Shown here piece after piece: positions 1 through 9,829 of a stretch of 53,277 bases of DNA (positions within the stretch are counted from its first letter, which is position 1; every line of letters begins with the position of its first letter). The stretch is taken from IMG/VR virus record IMGVR_UViG_3300002053_000026, positions 1 through 53,277 of that record, one strand, 5' to 3'. The notes under the pieces are model-generated. The model saw only the letters and a list, made by a program, of their open reading frames with translations, made no database searches and had not been told where the DNA came from. The position numbers and the translations under genes were made by a program. This DNA comes from a virus. Its lineage: Duplodnaviria > Caudoviricetes.

Positions 1-106
1 TGGATGCATTATTGGTTATTGTATGTCCATATCTTTGTAATGTTGGTATTAGTACTTGCATCCTCAATTCTGCTGCTATATGGGTTGTAACTATTTTAAT
101 TATCAT
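1..106 (-). CDS. 5' part of a gene running off the left edge (MIIKIVTTHIAAELRMQVLIPTLQRYGH...), unknown product
   Basis: ATG at 104-106 with an open frame to the window edge, on the same strand as the operon. Confidence 0.5.
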   Translation of the reverse strand, partial: MIIKIVTTHIAAELRMQVLIPTLQRYGHTITNNAS

Positions 107-107
107 T

Positions 108-182
108 TCATACCTCACCATAATTAAAAACTTGATATTTGTTGTTTGTTTCTTCTATGGACTGCCAAATTTCTCTACGCAT
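108..182 (-). pseudogene. NUMOD4 motif remnant of a homing endonuclease
   Basis: Manual translation MRREIWQSIEETNNKYQVFNYGEV* matches the NUMOD4 pattern EIWK.I.....YQVSN.G.V and stops immediately after it. Confidence 0.65.
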
Positions 183-930
183 TGTTATTCATAGCTCTTC
201 TAAATATTTGTCCCAATAATGTTGGTGATGTTATGAGTTGTTCGCGGCTCATTGTTAGAAATGGGCTATTGGCTTGTTTAAACATTTCATGGAAAAGCAT
301 ACATCCATACGATCCTTCAATGCAATATTTGTTTATTGACTCTTTGCCACTAAATCTAAACGCTTCCCATGAGGCTATGGGTTGAATTAATCTATGATCA
401 AGATGATGATAATTTTTCCCTTTGACGGCTTGTCGAATAATTCCAGGCCCCATGGAACCCCATTGAAATATATGATGAGGAGGATGTAAACTAAGCATAT
501 GTTCTATTAGAGAAACAGCTTTGGAAATCACTGTACCGCTCTTTTCTGAAAGTAAAAAACCACATTCTGGTTCACCATATTTTAGGGTAGGGGATGCTGT
601 CGCCACTAAATCAATTCCATCTTTTAAGAATTCAAATAATGGTTTTAAACTTTGGAATAAAACTATATCAACATCAAGCCAGATATCCCCGTATTCTCGC
701 AAAAGCATATATCTCAAATAATTAGATTTATTATTAATTTGTGATATCTGAAAGAAAGCATCAGGGATATTGGGAAGAAATTGTTTAACATTTTTAGTTG
801 TGAGTAGATGGATATCAAAATCTATATCACAATATTTATGAATAGTTTCTAAACAAAGTTTTATATAGTCTGGAATATCGGTTTGGCCTGGTGGGTTATC
901 CCAAAATTGCCAAATTTTCTTTTTCGTCAT
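175..930 (-). CDS. DXD-type glycosyltransferase (capsular polysaccharide synthesis / GT32-like)
   Basis: KKIWQFWD start, S.YLRY.LL.EYGDIWLDVD motif and MGP motif; start moved to ATG 930, which overlaps the upstream stop. Confidence 0.85.
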   Translation of the reverse strand: MTKKKIWQFWDNPPGQTDIPDYIKLCLETIHKYCDIDFDIHLLTTKNVKQFLPNIPDAFFQISQINNKSNYLRYMLLREYGDIWLDVDIVLFQSLKPLFEFLKDGIDLVATASPTLKYGEPECGFLLSEKSGTVISKAVSLIEHMLSLHPPHHIFQWGSMGPGIIRQAVKGKNYHHLDHRLIQPIASWEAFRFSGKESINKYCIEGSYGCMLFHEMFKQANSPFLTMSREQLITSPTLLGQIFRRAMNNNA

Positions 931-1571
931 TTTTTTATTTTCCTTACTGGAGTTGTCAATGCCTTTTCTGCTGACCAACCATATTTATAGATTCTTTGGT
1001 GAAGAACATAATATGGAACTTTAGTTTCTTCAGCCCAAGCAGCAATGCATTTAAATTTTCCGTCAAATAAAATTAAACAATTATTACGTTTATTCCGACT
1101 ATTCTGTTTTGATGTAACCCATTTACAATTTTCTTTGCAATATCCTTTATCGTTATCAATTCGGTCAATTTGGTGATCCTTTGGCGATTCGCCCATATCC
1201 TCAAAGAAATTTTTGAATGAATTTAACCATCTATCACAAACAATAATTTTTCTATCCCCGTAGTGCGGATAACTTTCATCATTGGGATTATAGCATCGTT
1301 GTTTCATGTTATGCCATTATATATATTCTTTAGACATTTTCCCTCTTATGCTATGTCCATGTTTTGTTGATTTTTTAATTATTATTTCTTTTCGTAAACA
1401 ACCGCAACTTTTAATATTACCTCGTTTAATTTCACTACCACAAGCAATTATTTTATTGTTGCAATCACATCTGCATAACCAATGTGGTTTATAATATTTA
1501 CAATTATTAACCCTTTCGAGGACGGTCAATCTACCAAATTTTTGCCCAGTTAAATCAATAAATCTACTCAT
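927..1571 (-). pseudogene. HNH homing endonuclease interrupted by an in-frame TAA (1317-1319)
   Basis: ORFs 1317..1571 and 927..1307 share one frame (EYI*WHNMKQRC); DLTGQKFGRLTV, WLCRCDC, KSCGC and IDRIDNDKGYCKENCKW motifs; paralog of 41407..42018. Confidence 0.85.
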
Positions 1572-1573
1572 TT

Positions 1574-2149
1574 TTACCTCAATATCGAAGGTAGCAACAT
1601 GTGCCTATGATCACCGGCATAAATATGTAGATTGTTAATACCTTCAGTTTTTAGTCTTTCACGCAACTCATTTTCCTGTGGCCTGGCCGTAGGAGATTTT
1701 CTTACATCGAAATCTACTAATACAGCCTTTATTTTACCATATTCTCCTGAGTCAATAAGGTCCGTTATAATCCGGCATTCACTACCCTCACAATTTAGTT
1801 TTAGAAAAACTTCGTCGTCTTTACAAACAGAATCCTTAAACCAATCTGATGCTTTAATAAATTTGCACTTGGTGATACGTGGTTCAGGAGCGCAAGTTGT
1901 TTGATAGTCGGAATGTACGGTACCACCGACTGAACCCTCATTATATAAATTCATTTCACACGTTTCTGACCATAATCCTGCTCGCACAATTGTTACTTTG
2001 GAATGCTTTTTAAATTTACGTTCTAAAATATTGTAACATATAGGTGAAGGCTCAAATCCAACAATATGATCAATCCTAAATCGTGGTCGTAATATTAATT
2101 CTATAGTTTGTCCAATGTTACTTCCTACATCCAAAAAAATACGACTCAT
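1574..2149 (-). CDS. FkbM-family SAM-dependent methyltransferase
   Basis: FLDVGSNIG, GFEPSP and LKLNCEGSE motifs; start at ATG 2149. Confidence 0.85.
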   Translation of the reverse strand: MSRIFLDVGSNIGQTIELILRPRFRIDHIVGFEPSPICYNILERKFKKHSKVTIVRAGLWSETCEMNLYNEGSVGGTVHSDYQTTCAPEPRITKCKFIKASDWFKDSVCKDDEVFLKLNCEGSECRIITDLIDSGEYGKIKAVLVDFDVRKSPTARPQENELRERLKTEGINNLHIYAGDHRHMLLPSILR

Positions 2150-2991
2150 TATTTTCTCCAATCGGTATATACAAAACGAGCCAAGAAACAATCATTATGT
2201 ATATGGAATGCAAATTTTAATTGAGACAAAAGACCTGTTATTTTTAATTGTTTAAGAGCAAATTCATGATTAGATGGCACACCCTCTCTTAGAAAACGAC
2301 CTACGTTGTCATATAAATTACCAAATTTATCAACTATTTCGGAACCACCAAAAAACCAATAATCTGCCAATGCTGGATAATGTGGTGTATGCGGGTAACC
2401 AGTATGTGTATGTTGTAAAGTGGGATCATTTTTCTTATCCCATCCATGGAAAAACCAATCTTCATGTCTAATTCCTTGACCATTTGGGAGTTTCATGACA
2501 CACCAATTCGACGCATAAAAAAAATTGGGATCAAACTTATTAAAGTGTACATCAACCATCCAAGCAACATCAAACCTACCAATCATCACCATATCATACT
2601 TGAAACCATGCTCTTGTTCATATTGTTTCTTTAATTGCATACATTTCTGGATGCTATACCAACGAGCGATTGTTATTTGTATCTTAGAAGTAATACCATC
2701 TGGATAATTTTTATCAACTTTTGCGCCAGTAATACTGAATTTTGGAATTGGTTCAAATATAGCCTTTTTAGGTTGATAAGCATTAATTAATTCCTGCTGG
2801 ACATTCATGCTAGGGGTATGTATAAATACGTCTATATCATTGTGGGCGAATAAATGTCGTTGATAATGTTCGAATCCTTTCGTCCATTCGACAGGTGTTC
2901 TTTTCCCCGTCTTGCCGTCCCACATTTGACCACCAACTATTTTTTGGCCAGGATGTGATGCTAAACCAGTTAAGCATAATGCTACTCTCAT
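2149..2991 (-). CDS. Putative glycosyltransferase-like protein
   Basis: RVALCLTG, DVFIHT, YDMV...RFD and D.WFFG motifs typical of a viral GT-like family; cluster context. Confidence 0.55.
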   Translation of the reverse strand: MRVALCLTGLASHPGQKIVGGQMWDGKTGKRTPVEWTKGFEHYQRHLFAHNDIDVFIHTPSMNVQQELINAYQPKKAIFEPIPKFSITGAKVDKNYPDGITSKIQITIARWYSIQKCMQLKKQYEQEHGFKYDMVMIGRFDVAWMVDVHFNKFDPNFFYASNWCVMKLPNGQGIRHEDWFFHGWDKKNDPTLQHTHTGYPHTPHYPALADYWFFGGSEIVDKFGNLYDNVGRFLREGVPSNHEFALKQLKITGLLSQLKFAFHIHNDCFLARFVYTDWRK

Positions 2992-3000
2992 GTGTAACTC

Positions 3001-3606
3001 CTATTTCAGTATACGAACTATTTTTCGTTCTTCTCCAGATGCTGTATCGTCTGTAAATGGTACAAATTGATATTCACGGCCAAATTCCTTTACCCATTCG
3101 TAGAATGCTTTTTGTTCATGATCGTCGTACTTAGCGTCATGTCTATAAAACCATTCATCAAAAACAATAATTGTTCCTTCTGTTATCCAAGCATTTAAAG
3201 CCCACAAAACTTCTTTAGCAGAGCTATATAAGTCGGAATCAATATGTAATAGTGCTATTGGTTGTGCTATTTTTAGATATTTGGGTAGTGTATCAGTAAA
3301 CCATCCGGCATAAAATTTCACGCCTGAAACATCAGGTATGACGCCGTTAGTGGAGAAGTATTGTGACGGCACAACGACTGTTCCATTTTTATCTATCCAA
3401 TCTTCTGGTAATCCAACGAAAGAATCAAAACCAAATATTTTAAATGATTCATCAAGTGATTGTCGAATAACTCTAATAGTGGTACCACGACAGACACCAA
3501 ACTCCAAAACATGTTTGTATCTTTTGTCCACCAATGTTAATCCGTATTGTAGACTAGAACGTGCCACGATTACATCTCTCTTTGTATTCTTCCAACAGTT
3601 TATCAA
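3001..3606 (-). CDS. TylF/MycF-like class I SAM methyltransferase
   Basis: LEFGV, FGFDSFVGLPEDW, GWFTDTL, LHIDSDLYSS and IVFDE motifs; start uncertain because of a 53-nt overlap with the upstream gene. Confidence 0.85.
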   Translation of the reverse strand: MINCWKNTKRDVIVARSSLQYGLTLVDKRYKHVLEFGVCRGTTIRVIRQSLDESFKIFGFDSFVGLPEDWIDKNGTVVVPSQYFSTNGVIPDVSGVKFYAGWFTDTLPKYLKIAQPIALLHIDSDLYSSAKEVLWALNAWITEGTIIVFDEWFYRHDAKYDDHEQKAFYEWVKEFGREYQFVPFTDDTASGEERKIVRILK

Positions 3607-4225
3607 AATTATTTAAAAATTCTTGATCCTCAACCGAAACATCAAAGGGTTTATTATCTGGCGGATGCCAACCAACAGTATCGGTAATAATACTAGATGG
3701 CTTTCTTTTCCATCCTAATTGCTGTTCAATCTTTTCCAAAATAACTTCCTGATCTTTTTTCATTTGTTCGTATGTTATAGTCCAATCGGCATACGACATC
3801 CAAAACATATTGGTTATTATCCATAATTCAGGTGGTGTAGCAAGTTGATCCTGTATCCAACTCCTTCTTGATTGAATAGTAATTTTATCATCAAGAAAGA
3901 TCTTACACTTACCTTCTATTCTCGGCATTTTTCTGTATGGTATTCGTATAAAATCGGAAAAACTATTGAGCCCAATACCATTACGCTCTCTCATTCTAAA
4001 AACAGACATTAAAACTGGTTGTATGCTACGACTACAGTGAACTATGTGTGCTCGCTGAAAGCGATCTCGTATTTCTGGCTCAAGCTTATGGCCGCCAAAC
4101 ATATCCATATATTTTTTATATGGGGTAACGAAATTATCAAATATAGTTCTGAGTACCCAATGTGTTCCACTTCTTGGATGAGTCACCAGTCGCAATCGAT
4201 CTTTTTTGAGATTTGATTTAGCCAT
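3554..4225 (-). CDS. Sulfotransferase-like protein
   Basis: HPRSGTHW 5'-PSB loop, R.......S 3'-PB-like motif and ITYEQM. Confidence 0.75.
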   Translation of the reverse strand: MAKSNLKKDRLRLVTHPRSGTHWVLRTIFDNFVTPYKKYMDMFGGHKLEPEIRDRFQRAHIVHCSRSIQPVLMSVFRMRERNGIGLNSFSDFIRIPYRKMPRIEGKCKIFLDDKITIQSRRSWIQDQLATPPELWIITNMFWMSYADWTITYEQMKKDQEVILEKIEQQLGWKRKPSSIITDTVGWHPPDNKPFDVSVEDQEFLNNFDKLLEEYKERCNRGTF

Positions 4226-5795
4226 TTGTCTCCAATAGATTGAATAACATCAACTTCCCAAGATGAAATAACATTTCCGCATATGGTTGATGATGAAGGG
4301 CAGCAATATTTAAATAAATTAAAGCAGTCAAAATTTCTACCTTGTGAAAATCATAATGATGTTGTATCAAATGTCGCCTAAACCAAGTTTCGCAATCAAT
4401 CAATGTCTGTCGTCTCAATAAATCAAAATTGACGACAGTACCATCTATGTCAATTTCGTACAAACCTTTATTAATGATACCATGTGAGACAATCAAACCA
4501 TGCCATAATTTGGCTAAATCATAATAGATATCTCCGTAATCAGTTAGTCCACCAAAGTTTTGTCTCCAATCCAAGAGTTTAAAATTATCGCCAGTATCTA
4601 TCACGTTTTCAAAATGCAGATCACCATGAAATCTTACAGGAATACCTTCCGATATCCATTTCCAGTCTACGCAATTTAGTAATTCTGCTATTGGTGGAAC
4701 AACGACACTATTAATACATTGATATGTATCTTCATATCCAAAACGATCGAAATATTCCTGCACTCTCAATTTGGTTTTATCTTCATAAAACTGTCGATAT
4801 ATTTCACGATCATCAACAGTTAGCAATCTACTATCACTCCACAAATCATTCAGCCATTCCAGGAAATCTTTGAATCTAGCAATAGTGATAATTTCTGATA
4901 AAGTTCTTCCTGCTACCATATTGTAACAATACATATTAGATGTACTATCAATAACAGTTGGTACATATCTATCTAATTGTTTTGCTCTATTGACTCTTTG
5001 TTTGATAAACGATTTATCTGTAGAAAACTTAATAACTCGATTATTACAAAACCAAATGTGTTCCTGTTCTTTTGGTAAAATATGTGGATCACCTTCATTA
5101 CCAAAAACTTTATTTGCATGAGTTAAAGCTTCTATTGTACCAGTATCATACCAAGTAAATCTTTTTCCTTGGACCTTTTGACCTTTTACCATTCTTGACA
5201 AAGCGAACGATTCGCCTTGTTTTGTACCCCCAATCGTTAATGCAATTTGCATATTGCTCCAGAATGCTTCGTAATCGTTGATACCACAAATCCCAATATA
5301 CGCTGGAGCTTCTGTATGAATTCCTTTTTCTCCTAAATCCTTAACTATTGTATTATCCCATGAGTCCACAATAACAGAACGATAATCTTGACTAGCGCGA
5401 ACGTCGGCATATCCTATCCAATCACAGTCCGGTATTGGCATATCTTCTTTTATTATACCATCATTTGTAATAAAAATGAATGGACACTGCAAGTATTCTC
5501 TACAATCATATAAATTTGCACCAAAACCTTTGGGCTTATCCCATGCATTTTTAGCCCATACGAATGTGAAATTACGATCTGGATAAGCTAACATTAGAAA
5601 TTCTTTAACTAATTCACCTTTATATCCTAAATTAATAATCAATTCTATATCTGGCGGAAACTTCTCGATAATATATGAAATGATTGGACGATTGGCTACT
5701 GGTACAAGTGTTTTATTAACATGGTCACAATGATTACCAAGTCTTGATCCAACTCCAGCCGTTGGAATTAATACTTTATATTTACTGTCGCCCAT
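4218..5795 (-). CDS. Sugar-phosphate nucleotidyltransferase fused to an APH/choline-kinase-like phosphotransferase
   Basis: N-terminal PTAGVGSRL...NKTLV and WYDTGT; C-terminal FHGDLHFENVI, LLDWR and GDIYYDLAKL. Confidence 0.85.
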   Translation of the reverse strand: MGDSKYKVLIPTAGVGSRLGNHCDHVNKTLVPVANRPIISYIIEKFPPDIELIINLGYKGELVKEFLMLAYPDRNFTFVWAKNAWDKPKGFGANLYDCREYLQCPFIFITNDGIIKEDMPIPDCDWIGYADVRASQDYRSVIVDSWDNTIVKDLGEKGIHTEAPAYIGICGINDYEAFWSNMQIALTIGGTKQGESFALSRMVKGQKVQGKRFTWYDTGTIEALTHANKVFGNEGDPHILPKEQEHIWFCNNRVIKFSTDKSFIKQRVNRAKQLDRYVPTVIDSTSNMYCYNMVAGRTLSEIITIARFKDFLEWLNDLWSDSRLLTVDDREIYRQFYEDKTKLRVQEYFDRFGYEDTYQCINSVVVPPIAELLNCVDWKWISEGIPVRFHGDLHFENVIDTGDNFKLLDWRQNFGGLTDYGDIYYDLAKLWHGLIVSHGIINKGLYEIDIDGTVVNFDLLRRQTLIDCETWFRRHLIQHHYDFHKVEILTALIYLNIAALHHQPYAEMLFHLGKLMLFNLLETNG

Positions 5796-6129
5796 AATCA
5801 TCCTCAACGCGTATGGTATCATCTTGTTCCGGCGTAGATGCTTCTAAATAAACTACGTCTGTTAAACCTTCCATGCGATGTGTTCTTCCTGCTGGAATAG
5901 TATGAAATTCTCCAGAACCTAAAGTTATATTTTCCCAAGTCGAATCTGCACCTTCAAAATTTCTAGTAATAAGCAACGTGCCACTTATCACTATAATAGT
6001 TTCTTCTTTTTGTTCATGATATTGTAAACTACAACGTTTTCCTGCTTGCATAAACAAGCGTTTAACCATATAGTGATCATTAACTTCTAAAATTTCTTCT
6101 TTCCCCCATGGTTTACAAACAACTTTCAT
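5782..6129 (-). CDS. Cupin protein (mannose-6-phosphate isomerase type II C-terminal-like)
   Basis: KPWGKE, SLQYH..KEE, H.IP.G..HR and EASTP motifs. Confidence 0.85.
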   Translation of the reverse strand: MKVVCKPWGKEEILEVNDHYMVKRLFMQAGKRCSLQYHEQKEETIIVISGTLLITRNFEGADSTWENITLGSGEFHTIPAGRTHRMEGLTDVVYLEASTPEQDDTIRVEDDYGRQ

Positions 6130-7135
6130 CTACTTCTCCTAATGCAACCATATAATGCTCAATTACTTGGGTTACTTCATCGACAATACCTTGTCGTATA
6201 TCGAATAATTTATCTAACTTATTTATTATAGCAGAATAATTTGATCCATTAAAATGGTAATGACCAGCCACTAATGTATTTAGCATCCGTTGTGGATTAT
6301 TGGTTGGATCAACCCATTTGCGCCATCTATCCCCCCGGATCACTTCGTCTATAAATGATTGTGTATCAATACCATATATCAAGGCTTGAGATAATACATA
6401 ATTAGTTTGCACGACACCCAATTGCGGTGCGATATTTACTGCATCTACTAATCCTTGTCTAGCTTTTATTCCTCTATCGCTAAGATAATCTGCATTATGT
6501 TCTTTTAATTTAATTCCATGATAATGAATGATTTCATGAAGTTTATTAACTTTTTCCTCATTAAAAATACCAGCTTGATAATTTTCTCGTACTAAACTGC
6601 CAGTTTGTACGACATAAAACTCTGGTTTCTCTGTTTTTTTAATAAATTCTATGTCAGCAGTAACGCGATCTACATCATTTTCTGCCTCACCAATATTTTC
6701 GTCTGTACCAATTTCGAAAAGAATTTTGGAATTAAATTGTTTTGCTAGTTCCATTAGTGAAATCGTAGATTGTAATTTAGTTTGATGATTCCCTTGCAAA
6801 TGACACAAGTCTATGTGAATTAAATCAAAACCATATTCTATATCGCTAATAATGACATCGCGGAAAGTAGTAACTTCTTTTGCAAATCCAGGACCACAGT
6901 GATCACGACAAATCACAACATCAGCATCAGGATACTGCTGCCTCATATTGGCTATATATTTGGCATATTCTGAAGTTGTAAAAACATATCCCCCTTTCCA
7001 ATGAACTTGATTCAAAGAACAAATTAACATTAATTGTTTTTTATATCTACCTGAAAAACGAAATACTGCCTCTATAATTTCTTTACTCATCGGCCCAATA
7101 GCTAACTTAGATGTTAACATTTTCCATCCCACCAT
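6113..7135 (-). CDS. GatZ/KbaZ-like TIM-barrel aldolase/epimerase
   Basis: S.NQV...GGY, RDHCGP, FDLIHID, EIGTDE, KEHNADY and NIAP motifs. Confidence 0.65.
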   Translation of the reverse strand: MVGWKMLTSKLAIGPMSKEIIEAVFRFSGRYKKQLMLICSLNQVHWKGGYVFTTSEYAKYIANMRQQYPDADVVICRDHCGPGFAKEVTTFRDVIISDIEYGFDLIHIDLCHLQGNHQTKLQSTISLMELAKQFNSKILFEIGTDENIGEAENDVDRVTADIEFIKKTEKPEFYVVQTGSLVRENYQAGIFNEEKVNKLHEIIHYHGIKLKEHNADYLSDRGIKARQGLVDAVNIAPQLGVVQTNYVLSQALIYGIDTQSFIDEVIRGDRWRKWVDPTNNPQRMLNTLVAGHYHFNGSNYSAIINKLDKLFDIRQGIVDEVTQVIEHYMVALGEVDESCL

Positions 7136-7487
7136 TTCTTTCTAAATTAATACATGCAGCAGTAGGAATATTACTATCTGGTTTTACATCATTAATTACT
7201 ACTCTTTGTCCTCTGGGTAAACCCATAATCAATGCATGATAATACAATCCCAACCTTTCTATTTGTTTCATTGTAAATAACCTTGCACTTTCTGGTCGTC
7301 CGGTTGTAATTATAACTTTATACCCACAACGACACCATATATCGAATTTTTCTTTTACACCAGGTAATAATACACAAGGACTATTAAGAATTTGCGATAA
7401 ACTACCGTAGTGTTTGACAATACAGCCATCAAAATCACAAAAAATAGTTTTTATATATTCAGCATGATTAATGTCTGACATTAGCAA
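7107..7487 (-). CDS. Small HAD-superfamily phosphatase
   Basis: FCDFDG motif I, TTGR motif II and INDVKP. Confidence 0.8.
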   Translation of the reverse strand: MLMSDINHAEYIKTIFCDFDGCIVKHYGSLSQILNSPCVLLPGVKEKFDIWCRCGYKVIITTGRPESARLFTMKQIERLGLYYHALIMGLPRGQRVVINDVKPDSNIPTAACINLERNGGMENVNI

Positions 7488-7496
7488 TCTCCCAGC

Positions 7497-9815
7497 TTAA
7501 AATGTTTCATTATTATAATTGTTGATTAAATCCTGAGCTTTCCATATTTTATCTAGAGCAACAACTCCAAGAAAATCAAATTTAACAGCACCCATTGCTT
7601 CCGCATCACCCATCTCTAATCCGACTATACGACTTTTGTCTTTGGTATTATATGTCAATGGCATAAATTCGATTAATGGACGGCTTGCTATAACAACACC
7701 AGCAGCATGTTTTGATTGTGATTTTTTAGTACCTTCTATTCTTATAGCTTGATCAAATAAAGGTTTATACCATTCATAAGCATTTCCAACCTGTTCAATG
7801 TTGTGAATAGCCCATTGTAGAATTCCATAATCATCATTCTGTTCACCACGCATCTGTTCCAATTCATCTGCTATTGCCGCTTCGTCAGGTATGTATTTGG
7901 TAATTTCATTGCATAAATCATGCGGTGTCATATGCACATCGTCGGAGTTTTTTCCTTCTTTAATAGCCTTTACCTTCATTAAATGTCTAACTGTATCTGG
8001 ATTAGCTCGAAACACCTCTTTTAGTGCAGCTTTTCCTTGTAGACGATCGAAGGTAATCATCTGCGCTACATAATCATCACCCCAACGTTTCTTTAAATAT
8101 GAAATTACTTCTCCACGAAATACAACACCAATGTCTGTATCAATATCGGGTAAGCTGATATGCCCAGGATGGGTCTTTACCCTTTTCGCTGTGTCTAGTT
8201 CATCCCTGCCAGCCAGTGTCATCCCAAGACCATGCGCCAAATGAGAATTGGATGGATTTTTCGTTGGCTTAAGCTTGAGCATATCATATAGATACATCCA
8301 CATGCGAGGATTATTCTCATCGATCCATTTAACTTCCTCTCGCATAGCATCGGTGAATGTCACCCCATATTGCTTTATTCGTCTGGCCAAATATTTGGCT
8401 ATTTCCTTTCGTTCAATATCCACATTTCTAGTGTGTAATAGTTCAAAATTTTCTGACATCCACGACATGAAATCGTATTGCCCAATATCGAAATGTGGAG
8501 GAATATTACGACTCACGTTATAAAATCTTTCGAAATATAATCCATATTCAATTGGATCAATACCAGTGATTCCTGTTAAATAATTTACTAACGAACCAGC
8601 CCCAGAACCCCTTCCTCTACCTCTTGGCCCGTTTTGTTTATCTACAAATCTACAAACATCCCATACAATTAGAAAATAATCTGCTAAACTAGCTTCTTGT
8701 ATAACAATAAGCTCTTTTTGTAATCGCTCCCAATATATTTTCTTTTGTTGCCGATTTAAATGTGCCAATTTTACTTTTGCCTCTTCAATACATAAATAGC
8801 GTAAATATTCATTGGAATCTAGTCCCAGCTTGTTTGATTCATCATTAGTAAATATAGGTAAATATGGACTATGTCCTAATGAAGAATAATTAATTTGTGA
8901 TGCAATATCCAGTGTTATCTGTAATTCAGCTTCAGTAAATCGTTTTCTCATTTCATTATATGATGGAATATAGTAATTATCAGATATCATGAAATCCATT
9001 ACATCGCCAGTTTGTTGTAATCTGCGTTCTTGTTCTTCCCTCGTTGTATGTAAATTGGCGTAAAGCAATAGGCGTTGATCCTCTGCTTCTTCTTTACGAC
9101 AATAATGCGCATCAATAGTTGCTACAGTAGGAACTCCAGTTAATTCGCTTAATTCTCGCAGACATTCAACAACTACCTGCTGGATATCCATCCCTTCGTT
9201 TTGAAGTTCAAGATAGTAATTATTTTTGCCGAATATGGCTAAATGTTTACGAATAATCGCTTGACCAACATCCCTCCAATCGGACCGCAATGTTCTACGT
9301 ACCTTTTCCACACTTGTCCCATGCTGACTGACTATCATGGTTTGACGAAAATCAGTGAATAGATTGGATGGTAATTCACCAGCTATACATGCTGTTAGAA
9401 ATAATAAATTATTCTTTTTCGCAAACGATTTTATACCTTCTAAATGTATACGTGGGCGCCGATAAAAATAATCTGGTCTATTCATTTCCGAAACTAACGA
9501 TATTAAATCTTTTATTCCTTCATCATTCTTAGCTAATATTATCAAATGATATCTTTTATCGTTTTCAGAAGTTTTAATATTTGCATTTAATGGACAAATA
9601 TATGCTTCTATACCTATAATCGGTTTTATTTTTTGTTTTCTGCACTCATCATAAAATGTCTTCATACCGGCAATGTTTCCGTGATCTGTGATACTACATC
9701 CCGGTAAACCCAATTCAATGCAACGACTTACAATATCTTTAGGAGAACATAGTCCATCCAATAATGAATTAAAGCTATGGACGTGAAGAGGTATATATGT
9801 TTTATCACTATGCAT
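7497..9815 (-). CDS. dnaE: DNA polymerase III alpha subunit, N-terminal part only (PHP plus palm/thumb)
   Basis: HVHS..SLLDG, ITDHG, GRGSGAGSLV.Y..GIT.IDP, PDIDTD, HAAGVVI and KFDFLG; the ORF ends about 25 aa after KFDFLG. Confidence 0.92.
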   Translation of the reverse strand: MHSDKTYIPLHVHSFNSLLDGLCSPKDIVSRCIELGLPGCSITDHGNIAGMKTFYDECRKQKIKPIIGIEAYICPLNANIKTSENDKRYHLIILAKNDEGIKDLISLVSEMNRPDYFYRRPRIHLEGIKSFAKKNNLLFLTACIAGELPSNLFTDFRQTMIVSQHGTSVEKVRRTLRSDWRDVGQAIIRKHLAIFGKNNYYLELQNEGMDIQQVVVECLRELSELTGVPTVATIDAHYCRKEEAEDQRLLLYANLHTTREEQERRLQQTGDVMDFMISDNYYIPSYNEMRKRFTEAELQITLDIASQINYSSLGHSPYLPIFTNDESNKLGLDSNEYLRYLCIEEAKVKLAHLNRQQKKIYWERLQKELIVIQEASLADYFLIVWDVCRFVDKQNGPRGRGRGSGAGSLVNYLTGITGIDPIEYGLYFERFYNVSRNIPPHFDIGQYDFMSWMSENFELLHTRNVDIERKEIAKYLARRIKQYGVTFTDAMREEVKWIDENNPRMWMYLYDMLKLKPTKNPSNSHLAHGLGMTLAGRDELDTAKRVKTHPGHISLPDIDTDIGVVFRGEVISYLKKRWGDDYVAQMITFDRLQGKAALKEVFRANPDTVRHLMKVKAIKEGKNSDDVHMTPHDLCNEITKYIPDEAAIADELEQMRGEQNDDYGILQWAIHNIEQVGNAYEWYKPLFDQAIRIEGTKKSQSKHAAGVVIASRPLIEFMPLTYNTKDKSRIVGLEMGDAEAMGAVKFDFLGVVALDKIWKAQDLINNYNNETF

Positions 9816-9829
9816 TTAACCAGACCCAA

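Noticed and set aside
8160-8504. Intein or intron in dnaE
   Set aside because: No Cys/Ser start with a His-Asn end, and the frame is open throughout.
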